A stretch of DNA of 64,000 nt from Bacillota bacterium (GTDB lineage Bacteria > Bacillota > UBA5301 > JAMCQP01), in the NCBI GenBank assembly GCA_023381695.1, contig JAMCQP010000039.1, positions 2,151-66,150 on the forward strand. The letters run 5' to 3'. Of this stretch, positions 44,047 through 52,274 are shown piece after piece. Numbering within the stretch: the stretch's first letter is position 1; every line of letters starts with the position of its first letter. Position numbers and translations under genes: made by a program. The notes beneath the pieces are model-generated. The model ran no database searches, had not been told where the DNA came from, and was given only the letters and a program-made list of their open reading frames with translations.

Positions 44047-45376
44047 CAGCGGCTTGTTGCTTCACCGGACAGACATCCCCACCGGACCCTTGATCGTTGT
44101 TTCGGTGCTGGAAAAGGCTGGCTTTGTCGTGGAATTCCGCGATTATCAAGGTGTGGCGATTCCCAAACGCCCGTCCCCCCGGACGTTCAAGGCCTTTCTT
44201 GACGATTGCGCTGATCTTCTCGGAATTTCGGTCATGAGCAATTCACTCCCCACCGTCCTGGGCGCCGTCAGGTTGTTGAAAGAGGAGAAACCCTGGATCA
44301 AGGTGTTTCTGGGCGGGCCGGGCTGCCGGGAGTTGGCGTTTGACATTCTGCAAAAATTCCCCGTTGACGCGATTGTTTTGGGCGAGGGGGAGATTACGGC
44401 CCCCGAACTGGTCATGGCCCTCAAAAATGATTCGGATCTGCGACGGGTGGCTGGAATCGCGTATAAAGAAGAAGATCAGGTGATCTTTACAAAAGAACGC
44501 CCCTTGATTGACGACCTGGACTCGATTCCGTTCCCAGCCTACCACCATATCAAACTGGAATCGTATAACAATGTTGCCACAGTTATGACCGCTCGCGGGT
44601 GCCCATTTAGATGCAAGTTTTGCAGCGCGCACTCGGTTCCCCAGCGAAAGATGCGATACCGCAGCATCCCCAGTATTATGGAGGAATTGTCGCTTCTAGC
44701 GCCACAAGCCCGATATGTTGCGTTCCTGGACGATACGTTCATCCTTAGCAAGGCGAGAGCATTGGAAATCGCCCGCAACGTCCAGAATAGATTCGGCTTG
44801 CGATATACATGCAACGCGAAGATCTCATTGATGGACGACGATTGGCTGAAAGCTCTTGCGGATACCGATAATTTTCTGGTTTTCTACGGCGTGGAGTCCG
44901 GGTCAAACAGAGTCTTGGAACGGATAGGCAAGGGACACACCTTGGAGGAGGCGCGGAAGGTAATCAGAAAAACTGCTGACTCCATCGAGAAAGTCCGGAC
45001 GTCTTACATCTGGGGATACCCGTTTGAGACGCTGGAAGACTTCTTCGACACGGCCATGTCCTTGAGGCAAGACATGCAGCAACCAAATGTACTCAGCCAG
45101 ATGTCGCTGTTGTCGCCACTTCCCGGCACCGAGTTCACGGAGGAGTTTAAAGACATTATGTCGTTTTCCCCGGCGATTCAATCAAGGGCCGGTGGGCTGC
45201 CGGTGAACGAAAATATATCAGACTACCCTGAGCTGATAGAACTGATCACCGGGAATCCTGGCTTGTTTTCTTCCTTTTATTACTTTGCCCATGAGGGCTT
45301 CGAGTCCAAATTTAATGCCATTAAAAGGATTGACTGGATTTACGACGATCAAAAGAAAAGAGCATACGGTTATTAG
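44024..45376 (+). CDS. B12-binding-domain radical SAM enzyme (class B), paralogue 2
   Basis: MADVTIVNSG... parallels MASITIVNSA... of paralogue 1. VFLGGPGC, ARGCPFRCKFC. 23-nt overlap with the upstream gene. Confidence 0.85.
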   Translation: MADVTIVNSGLLLHRTDIPTGPLIVVSVLEKAGFVVEFRDYQGVAIPKRPSPRTFKAFLDDCADLLGISVMSNSLPTVLGAVRLLKEEKPWIKVFLGGPGCRELAFDILQKFPVDAIVLGEGEITAPELVMALKNDSDLRRVAGIAYKEEDQVIFTKERPLIDDLDSIPFPAYHHIKLESYNNVATVMTARGCPFRCKFCSAHSVPQRKMRYRSIPSIMEELSLLAPQARYVAFLDDTFILSKARALEIARNVQNRFGLRYTCNAKISLMDDDWLKALADTDNFLVFYGVESGSNRVLERIGKGHTLEEARKVIRKTADSIEKVRTSYIWGYPFETLEDFFDTAMSLRQDMQQPNVLSQMSLLSPLPGTEFTEEFKDIMSFSPAIQSRAGGLPVNENISDYPELIELITGNPGLFSSFYYFAHEGFESKFNAIKRIDWIYDDQKKRAYGY

Positions 45377-45395
45377 GATGAGAGGGGGGAGGTAG

Positions 45396-46283
45396 GTGAA
45401 CCTGAGTGTTTTCCAGGCGATTGCACGATTCTTTGGATCCTTGTTGATACATCCCATATGGGGAAGGATGGTGGGCGCGATCGCGGTCGCGGCGCCGTTG
45501 TCGCTCCTTGGGTGGCCGCGCATGTGGCACCTGTTCCAGCAACCCGCTCTTTTCGGCATCCTGGCATTGCCCACGGTGTATTTGATGTTGTTTTTCGGGG
45601 CGCTGACTCATGAGCTGGGGCATATCGTCGTCCTGCGGCTGATGGGCTGCAAAAGCACGCTGCAAATCATGAAACATTCACATTCTCGCCTGATCCCCTT
45701 CAACATGAAGACGTCCATTGCCGGTGACTCTCCCGCCTATTCCACTTCCAACCGGTTGTTGGCACGGGGACTGGCGGGATTCGGGGCCAACTTGACCACG
45801 GATGCAATCTTAATGGTGTTGAGCGTAGCGATGCACAATCCCTGGTTGGCTTTGTTCGCGGCCGTCCAGGGCTTCTCCGGGCATGGGGCGACTTCCTGGT
45901 CCAGGTTGGATGGGGACACTGACGTGAGAACTATCCGCGAGGCACTGGCGTTCAAGGACTCTGTCTCGACCCGCGGAAGTGAGTCGGATGGCCAGCTAGA
46001 CCTGGATTTAATTGTGGACCTGGAAATATCGCAAAATGTTGTCACCCCGTATTGGGTAATGGTGGCGGGTATTGCCGCGGCGGATGCAGATTGTGAGGGC
46101 GAATTTCTGTCTTTCAACGCCGGTAATGCCCTTTTGATGATTTTGCCGCGCGCACAAACCGGTAGGCATGTGGCGCATGTCCGTGGCAGAAAAGTCGGGC
46201 CGGTCTCTCTGACTACGAAGACTGGTTATAACGAAAGATACCCTGCGCCCAAGGAAGGCCCGAGGGGTGCTGTGGGGATCTAA
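45396..46283 (+). CDS. Membrane zinc metalloprotease-like protein (M50/site-2-protease-like HExxH + LDG) with unknown C-terminal domain
   Basis: Hydrophobic N-terminal half with LTHELGHIVV and SRLDGD. GGGGGAGG SD before GTG 45396. Confidence 0.6.
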   Translation: MNLSVFQAIARFFGSLLIHPIWGRMVGAIAVAAPLSLLGWPRMWHLFQQPALFGILALPTVYLMLFFGALTHELGHIVVLRLMGCKSTLQIMKHSHSRLIPFNMKTSIAGDSPAYSTSNRLLARGLAGFGANLTTDAILMVLSVAMHNPWLALFAAVQGFSGHGATSWSRLDGDTDVRTIREALAFKDSVSTRGSESDGQLDLDLIVDLEISQNVVTPYWVMVAGIAAADADCEGEFLSFNAGNALLMILPRAQTGRHVAHVRGRKVGPVSLTTKTGYNERYPAPKEGPRGAVGI

Positions 46284-46299
46284 GGTGTAGTTTCCGATA

Positions 46300-46400
46300 C
46301 TATTTCAAATCCACGCCAAAATACTCGCGGATCAATACGTCCCTCATCCCGGCGATTTTATGCCAGGGGACATGGGGGGATAAGGTTTCTTTAGGGCTAG
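46300..46400 (-). pseudogene. HepT (DUF86/HEPN) relic
   Basis: The minus-strand frame reads ...SPKETLSPHVPWHKIAGMRDVLIREYFGVDLK*. No start codon, truncated at both ends, and the catalytic His of Rx4H is replaced by Arg. Confidence 0.45.
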
Positions 46401-46460
46401 AAAGCAATTGCAGGCCACCATCTTCAAAAGCAGTCCGCCCAGGTGGCCATAAAAAACTTG

Positions 46461-46489
46461 TTGCATAACAGTGGATTCCGTGCTAGAAT
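46461..46489 (+). promoter_or_regulatory. Candidate sigma-A promoter (TTGCAT-17-TGcTAGAAT) of the hutP-like/aro operon leader
   Basis: TTGCAT 46461-46466, 17-nt spacer ending in TGc, TAGAAT 46484-46489. Confidence 0.5.
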
Positions 46490-46544
46490 GAAAAGAAATT
46501 CAGTTGGGATGTAGAACGGTAGCACGGAGTCCAACGAAAAGAAG

Positions 46545-46599
46545 CACCGGATGGGGCGGTCGCCATGGCGATCGTACTGTTTTTGGGCGGTGTGTTTTT
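46545..46599 (+). terminator. Leader hairpin 1 with U-run
   Basis: CACCG (46545-46549) pairs with CGGTG (46588-46592), enclosing a GGTCGCC/GGCGATC hairpin, followed by TGTTTTTG. Confidence 0.35.
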
Positions 46600-46610
46600 G
46601 TATCTCTGTT

Positions 46611-46636
46611 AACGTCCTACACGGGGGCGTTTTTTT
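46611..46636 (+). terminator. Leader hairpin 2, intrinsic-terminator-like
   Basis: AACGTCC...GGGCGTT stem followed by TTTTTT, 54 nt upstream of the hutP-like start. Confidence 0.5.
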
Positions 46637-46689
46637 CATAGCGTTTTTTACTAAATCTTTACCTGAATTGTATGTGAGGGGGTGAGAGG

Positions 46690-47115
46690 TTGTTTAAGCT
46701 CTACACGGAGGGCAGCAAAGGGGTGGCCCAGGCGGCGCTGCTTCTGGCCATGACCACCGACCGGGACGACGAGGATCAACTCAAGGCCACGCTGGATCAG
46801 TTGCACATCAAAGCCGCGGCCGCCGATTACGGGGGAGAGTTCGTCACCTCCGTCAAAAAGATTGTGGAGCGGGCGGTGGTGGCCGCCAAACGCGAGGGAG
46901 TCATCAAAGAGACCCACACGGATGAGGGAGCGGTGGCGGGCGCCGCCCATGAAGCTCTGGCCCAGATCATGAGCAAGGCCATGGGATGGAACGTGGGCGG
47001 CAAGATTGGGATCGCCCGCAAAGGGGATCACCTCGCCGTAGCCGTCTTTTTTGCGGTGGGATTGCTGCACTTAAACGACATCACCATCGGCCTGGGGCAC
47101 CGGGCGGTTCCTTGA
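46690..47115 (+). CDS. HutP-family RNA-binding protein (antiterminator-like)
   Basis: 141 aa. [11 protein letters not shown]..., [24 protein letters not shown] and [10 protein letters not shown]...IGLGHR are collinear with B. subtilis HutP blocks. Confidence 0.7.
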   Translation: MFKLYTEGSKGVAQAALLLAMTTDRDDEDQLKATLDQLHIKAAAADYGGEFVTSVKKIVERAVVAAKREGVIKETHTDEGAVAGAAHEALAQIMSKAMGWNVGGKIGIARKGDHLAVAVFFAVGLLHLNDITIGLGHRAVP

Positions 47116-47158
47116 ACGGCCGCATCAACCCCAGCCCCGGCCGGGTTCTGGATGGAGG

Positions 47159-47620
47159 ATGAATCACATCATGGCTCAAACAGTCTGCGCTCAAACAGTC
47201 TGCAGGGGAATCCGGGGCGCCACCACCGCGGAAGTCAATACCCCGGAGGCTATTCTGGCCGCCACGCGGGAGTTGCTGGTAAGGATTGCGGCTGAAAATG
47301 AGATCTCCCCCGAGGAGATCGCCAGCATCTTTTTTACAGTCACCCCCGATCTGGACGCCGAATACCCGGCGGTGGCCGCCCGCAACCTGGGGTGGTCCCA
47401 GGTTCCCCTTCTGAATTCCGTGGAAATCCCAAGAGTGGGCGGCCTGCCCGCTTGCATCAGGGTTCTGTTCCATGTGAACACTACCAAAAAGCAAAACGAG
47501 ATTAAACATATCTATCTCCGTGAAGCTGTGCGGCTCAGGCCAGATCTGGCAAGCGAAGACAGCGAATACCCGCAGCATCGTGGCGGCGATGCCGGCAAGA
47601 AAGAGGGGGCGGAAAATTGA
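47159..47620 (+). CDS. aroH: Chorismate mutase, AroH class, with N-terminal 5-aa tandem duplication and C-terminal extension
   Basis: [26 protein letters not shown]...FTVTPDL...IRVLFHVNT. Confidence 0.8.
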   Translation: MNHIMAQTVCAQTVCRGIRGATTAEVNTPEAILAATRELLVRIAAENEISPEEIASIFFTVTPDLDAEYPAVAARNLGWSQVPLLNSVEIPRVGGLPACIRVLFHVNTTKKQNEIKHIYLREAVRLRPDLASEDSEYPQHRGGDAGKKEGAEN

Positions 47621-48759
47621 AAGAATCAAGAGCAAAAGAGTTGAAAGCGCCAAAAGAACTGGCGGAACTGGCCAGGCCGAGCATCTTCCAGATCAAGCCC
47701 TATGTGCCCGGCAAGCCCATCGAAGAGGTGCAGCGGGAATTGGGGCTGGCGGATGTGATCAAACTTGCGTCCAACGAAAACCCGCTGGGTCCCGCGCCCG
47801 CGGCAATCGAGGCCCTGAAGGAGCATGCCCCGGGAGTGAGCCTGTACCCGGACGGAGCCTCCTTTGCGCTGAGGAAGGCCCTGGCGGCGCACCTGGGGAT
47901 AGATCCGGAATTTCTGATCATTGGAAACGGTTCCGACGAGATCCTCAAGCTGCTGGCCGAGGCCTTCCTGTCCCCTCAGGATGAGGCAATAATCTCGTCG
48001 ACCACCTTCGGCGAATATGCCTACGCTTCCCATCTCATGGGAGCCAGGATCGTCACCGTTCCCACCCGTGAATATACTTACGACCTGGAAGCGATGGCCC
48101 AGGCCGTGACGCCAAAGACCAGGATCATCTTCGTCTGCAACCCCAACAACCCCACCGGAACATACGTGAACGGGAACGCCGTGGAAATGTTCATGCGCCG
48201 GATCCCCGAGGAGGTCATCGTGATCTTTGACGAGGCTTATTACGAATATGTGGAGGCGGAGGATTTCCCGGCCACCCTCGAGTATGTGAAGGAAGGGCGG
48301 AACGTGCTGGTGTTGCGCACCTTCTCCAAGATCTACGGGCTGGCCGGCCTGCGGGTGGGCTATGGCATCGGCCGTCCGGAGCTGATCGATCTCATCTCGC
48401 GGGTCCGGGAGCCGTTCAATGTGAATCTTTTGGCCCAAAAGGCCGCCGTCGCCGCCCTCGGGGACGCCGGACACGTCCGGCGCAGCCGCGAGACGAACCA
48501 CGCGGGGAAGCAATTTTTGAGCCAGCGCCTGGCGGACATGGGCTTTAACCCGTTACCGTCGCAAGCCAACTTTCTGTTCGTGGACGTGCGGACCGACGCA
48601 CAGCAACTGTTCAAGGCCATGCTGAAGCAGGGCGTGATTGTCCGGAGCGGGGAGATCTTCGGGGAACCGGCCTTTATCCGGGTGACCATCGGCGCCCCGC
48701 CGCAAAATGAAAGATTCATCCAGGCGTTAACGGTTTGTCTGGGAAAGGAGAACGAATAA
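47617..48759 (+). CDS. hisC: Histidinol-phosphate/aromatic aminotransferase
   Basis: [31 protein letters not shown] (PLP Lys). Confidence 0.9.
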   Translation: MKESRAKELKAPKELAELARPSIFQIKPYVPGKPIEEVQRELGLADVIKLASNENPLGPAPAAIEALKEHAPGVSLYPDGASFALRKALAAHLGIDPEFLIIGNGSDEILKLLAEAFLSPQDEAIISSTTFGEYAYASHLMGARIVTVPTREYTYDLEAMAQAVTPKTRIIFVCNPNNPTGTYVNGNAVEMFMRRIPEEVIVIFDEAYYEYVEAEDFPATLEYVKEGRNVLVLRTFSKIYGLAGLRVGYGIGRPELIDLISRVREPFNVNLLAQKAAVAALGDAGHVRRSRETNHAGKQFLSQRLADMGFNPLPSQANFLFVDVRTDAQQLFKAMLKQGVIVRSGEIFGEPAFIRVTIGAPPQNERFIQALTVCLGKENE

Positions 48760-49772
48760 TGATTGTCGTGATGGAGCCCCAAGCCACCGAGGCCGATATA
48801 GCGGCGGTAATCGCCCATTTGCGCAAACTGGGTTTTGGTATTCACCTCTCCAGGGGTGTGGAACGAACCATTATCGGGGCCATCGGCGACAAGAAGGTAC
48901 TGGATGGCGATTCGCTGGAGGCGATGCGGGGCGTGGAGAAGATTGTCCCGATTCTGCAGCCCTTCAAACTGGCTGGCAAGGAATTTCATCCGGAACGCTC
49001 CCAGGTCAAAGTGGGTCCCGTAACCTTAGGCGGCAGCGATGTGGTGGTCATCGCCGGCCCTTGTTCCGTGGAAAGCCGGGAACAGATCATGGAAACCGCC
49101 GGGGTGGTCAAGGCCGCGGGCGCCACGATGCTGCGCGGCGGCGCTTTCAAACCCAGGACCTCTCCCTACTCATTTCAGGGCCTTGAAGAAGAGGGCCTGA
49201 AGTTTCTGGCGGAAGCCCGGGAAGAGACCGGCCTGCCGGTGGTCACCGAGGTCGTCAACCCCAAGGATGTGGAGATGGTGGCCGGTTACGCCGACATGCT
49301 CCAGATCGGGGCGCGAAACATGCAGAACTTTACCTTGCTGCGTGAAGCGGGGCGTACCATGAAACCGGTGCTGCTCAAGCGCGGGTTGGCCGCCACGGTG
49401 GAGGAGTGGCTGATGGCCGCCGAATACATACTGTCGGAGGGCAATTACCAGGTGGTGCTTTGTGAACGGGGGATCCGGACCTACGAGACCGCCACGCGCA
49501 ATACCCTCGACCTGAGCGCCGTGCCGCTGGCGCACGAACTCAGCCACCTGCCGGTAATCGTCGACCCCAGCCATGGCACGGGAAAATGGCGGCTGGTGTC
49601 GCCCATGTCCCTGGCGGCTGTTGCGGCGGGCGCCGACGGTTTGATCATCGAAGTCCATCCCAGGCCGCAGGAGGCGCTCTCCGACGGCGGACAGTCCTTG
49701 ACCCCGGCGAATTTTGAGAGCCTGATGTCGCGGTTGACGGCGGTGGCCTCCGCGGTCGGCCGCAAACTGTAG
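48759..49772 (+). CDS. aroF: 3-deoxy-7-phosphoheptulonate synthase, type I-beta with N-terminal ferredoxin-like regulatory domain
   Basis: MIVVM...IAGPCSVES...[16 protein letters not shown]...DPSH. The ATG shares one base (the final A of TAA) with the hisC stop codon (TAATG). Confidence 0.9.
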   Translation: MIVVMEPQATEADIAAVIAHLRKLGFGIHLSRGVERTIIGAIGDKKVLDGDSLEAMRGVEKIVPILQPFKLAGKEFHPERSQVKVGPVTLGGSDVVVIAGPCSVESREQIMETAGVVKAAGATMLRGGAFKPRTSPYSFQGLEEEGLKFLAEAREETGLPVVTEVVNPKDVEMVAGYADMLQIGARNMQNFTLLREAGRTMKPVLLKRGLAATVEEWLMAAEYILSEGNYQVVLCERGIRTYETATRNTLDLSAVPLAHELSHLPVIVDPSHGTGKWRLVSPMSLAAVAAGADGLIIEVHPRPQEALSDGGQSLTPANFESLMSRLTAVASAVGRKL

Positions 49773-49787
49773 AGGAGTGGGGGCAGG

Positions 49788-50936
49788 GTGGAGCAGAATT
49801 TTGGCGCACAGGCCGGAGAGCTTTTGTCAGGGAAAACGGTGGCCATCATGGGGGTCGGCCTGATCGGCGGCTCCATCGGAGCAGCCCTCAAGCAGGACGG
49901 TTCGGTCCGGAAGGTGCTGGGCTTCGATCTCTCCCGGCAGGCCATCGACCAGGCTATCGAGATGGGGATCATCGACGCCGGCGATGTGGCCCCTTCCGAT
50001 GCCCTGCAGGAGGCTGACCTGGTAATCGTCTCCGTCCCGGTGGAACAGATTCCGGGGGTAATCGGGGAAACCATCCCCTTTCTGCCGGATGGGTGCGTGA
50101 TCACGGATACCGGGAGCACCAAGGCCGGAATTCTGAGGAAAATGGAGGAGATCCTGCCCGGACGCCTAATATTTATTGGCGGGCATCCCATGGCCGGTGG
50201 AGAGCAGGCCGGCGTGGCGGCGGCGGATCCCTACCTGATGCAAAACGCCGTTTATGTCATCACCCCGCCCAAAAGCGCGATGGATCGCCGGATCCGCCGG
50301 GGGCTGGAATTGGTGAGCGCCCTGGTGGAGGTCTTGGGCGCCCACCGGTATATCATCTCCGCCGGAGAGCATGATCGAATTGTAGCCGCGGTGAGCCATC
50401 TGCCGCACCTCACGGCCGTGGCGCTGGTCAATGCGGTGGGCAAGCTGGCCGAAAGCGACGAGCGGTTTTTGGCCTTCGCCGCCGGCGGGTTTCGCGACAC
50501 CACCAGAATCGCCAGCAGTAGCGCCCTGATCTGGCGGGATATCTGCCTGAGCAACCGCGCGCCGCTTCTGGAGATGATCCGGCTTTTGCAGGCCGAACTC
50601 GGTGAACTGGCGGCAACCCTGGAAGGCTGCGACGCGGAAAGGCTGGGGGAGCGCCTGGAGAGGGCCCGGCAAGTGCGGGCCACAATTCCGGCCAGGCGAA
50701 AAGGAATTTTATCCCCGATGCGCGAAATTGTTATACAGGTCCAGGATCGGCCCGGCGCCATCAATGAGGTCACCAGCCTTTTGGCGGCTGAAAAGATCAA
50801 TATCCGGGATATCGAGATCCTCAGAGTAAGGGAGAGAGAAGGCGGCAGCCTGCTTTTGGCCTTTGAAGGGGAGGAGCCCCTGGAAAAGGCGGTCTCGCTC
50901 CTCAAAACTCACGGTTTTTCGGCAAGGAGACGCTAA
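49788..50936 (+). CDS. tyrA: Prephenate dehydrogenase with C-terminal ACT domain
   Basis: [26 protein letters not shown] motifs. C-terminal ACT-like domain ([12 protein letters not shown]). Confidence 0.85.
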   Translation: MEQNFGAQAGELLSGKTVAIMGVGLIGGSIGAALKQDGSVRKVLGFDLSRQAIDQAIEMGIIDAGDVAPSDALQEADLVIVSVPVEQIPGVIGETIPFLPDGCVITDTGSTKAGILRKMEEILPGRLIFIGGHPMAGGEQAGVAAADPYLMQNAVYVITPPKSAMDRRIRRGLELVSALVEVLGAHRYIISAGEHDRIVAAVSHLPHLTAVALVNAVGKLAESDERFLAFAAGGFRDTTRIASSSALIWRDICLSNRAPLLEMIRLLQAELGELAATLEGCDAERLGERLERARQVRATIPARRKGILSPMREIVIQVQDRPGAINEVTSLLAAEKINIRDIEILRVREREGGSLLLAFEGEEPLEKAVSLLKTHGFSARRR

Positions 50937-50941
50937 ATAAA

Positions 50942-52252
50942 ATGGAATTCAGGGTGCATCCCGCCAAAAGAGGGCTAAGAGGCGAGATCCAGGTGCCCGG
51001 AGATAAATCGATCTCCCACCGGGCGCTCATGCTGGGAGCACTGGCCGAAGGGATCACGGAGATCGACAACTTTCTGGCGGGGGAGGATTGCCTGAATACC
51101 GCCAGGATCCTCCGGCAGTTGGGGGTGAAGATCCGGCAAACCGGGCAGACAAGGTTGATCGTCCACGGGCGAGGGCTCCACGGGCTGACGGAAGCCGGTG
51201 ACGTTCTGGACGTGGGGAATTCCGGCACTTCCTTGCGGTTGTTGCTGGGAATCTTGTCCGGGCAGCCTTTTTACTCGATACTTACCGGGGACGAATCCAT
51301 CCGGCGTCGTCCCATGGGGCGGGTAGTGGAGCCTTTGCAACGCATGGGGGCAAGGATCGCCGGCCGCAATGGCGGCAAACTTGCTCCTCTTACGGTGCTG
51401 GGGAGCCCGGCGGGTTTGCAGCCCATAACCTTCTCCTCGCCCGCGGCCAGCGCCCAGGTGAAATCCGCCGTACTTCTGGCGGGTCTGTATGCGCTCGGGG
51501 AGACCACGGTGAAAGAACCGGCGAAATCCCGCGATCATACCGAACGAATGCTGCAAGCATTCGGCGCCGATGTTAAGATGGAAGGGCTGTCTGCAAGCTG
51601 CCGGGGAGGCCCGCGCCTGGCGGGGCAAAAACTGGCTATCCCGGGAGACATCTCGTCGGCGGCGTTTTTTATTGTCGGGGCCACAATTGTAGAAGGATCG
51701 GACCTGGTGATCCGGGGGGTCGGGCTGAACCAGACGCGAACCGGCCTGCTGGACGCCTTAAAAATTATGGGCGCCGATATCTCCATCTTGAATATTCATG
51801 ATCAGACGGGCGAACCGGTGGGGGATCTCCGGGTGCGGACCGCAAACCTGCACGCCACCGAGATAAGCGGCGAGCTCATCCCGAGGTTGATCGACGAGAT
51901 CCCGATCCTGGCGGTGGCGGCTTTATTTGCCCGGGGCGCCACGGTAATCCGGGACGCGGCCGAGCTCAGGGTCAAGGAGAGCGACCGCATCGAGACTCTC
52001 CATCAGGAGCTTTCCAGATTGGGAGGCGAAGTTGAGGTATTGCCCGACGGCCTGATCATCCACGGAGGCCGCACCCTGGCCGGCGCCGGCTGCGACAGCC
52101 ATGGCGACCACCGGATTGCCATGGCCGCCGCCATCGCCGGTTTAAAATGCCAGGGCCAGACGACGGTCCGGGACGTGGGATGCATCGGCACCTCCTTTCC
52201 CGAATTTGGCAGCCTGTTGGCCGATCTGGCCGGCGGTCTGGAATATTTATGA
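50942..52252 (+). CDS. aroA: 3-phosphoshikimate 1-carboxyvinyltransferase (EPSP synthase)
   Basis: VPGDKSISHRALMLGALA, LDVGNSGTSLRLL, RVKESDR motifs. Confidence 0.95.
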   Translation: MEFRVHPAKRGLRGEIQVPGDKSISHRALMLGALAEGITEIDNFLAGEDCLNTARILRQLGVKIRQTGQTRLIVHGRGLHGLTEAGDVLDVGNSGTSLRLLLGILSGQPFYSILTGDESIRRRPMGRVVEPLQRMGARIAGRNGGKLAPLTVLGSPAGLQPITFSSPAASAQVKSAVLLAGLYALGETTVKEPAKSRDHTERMLQAFGADVKMEGLSASCRGGPRLAGQKLAIPGDISSAAFFIVGATIVEGSDLVIRGVGLNQTRTGLLDALKIMGADISILNIHDQTGEPVGDLRVRTANLHATEISGELIPRLIDEIPILAVAALFARGATVIRDAAELRVKESDRIETLHQELSRLGGEVEVLPDGLIIHGGRTLAGAGCDSHGDHRIAMAAAIAGLKCQGQTTVRDVGCIGTSFPEFGSLLADLAGGLEYL

Positions 52253-52274
52253 GAGGGGTTCAACTTAGTGAGAG

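Noticed and set aside
46424-46639. 71-aa minus-strand ORF
   Set aside because: It overlaps the promoter, hairpins and U-runs of the plus-strand leader. It has no SD and no family signal.
46490-46689. T-box leader upstream of the aro operon
   Set aside because: There is no recognisable specifier-loop/AGAGA architecture, and no T-box consensus (GGGUGGNACCGCG) in the antiterminator region.
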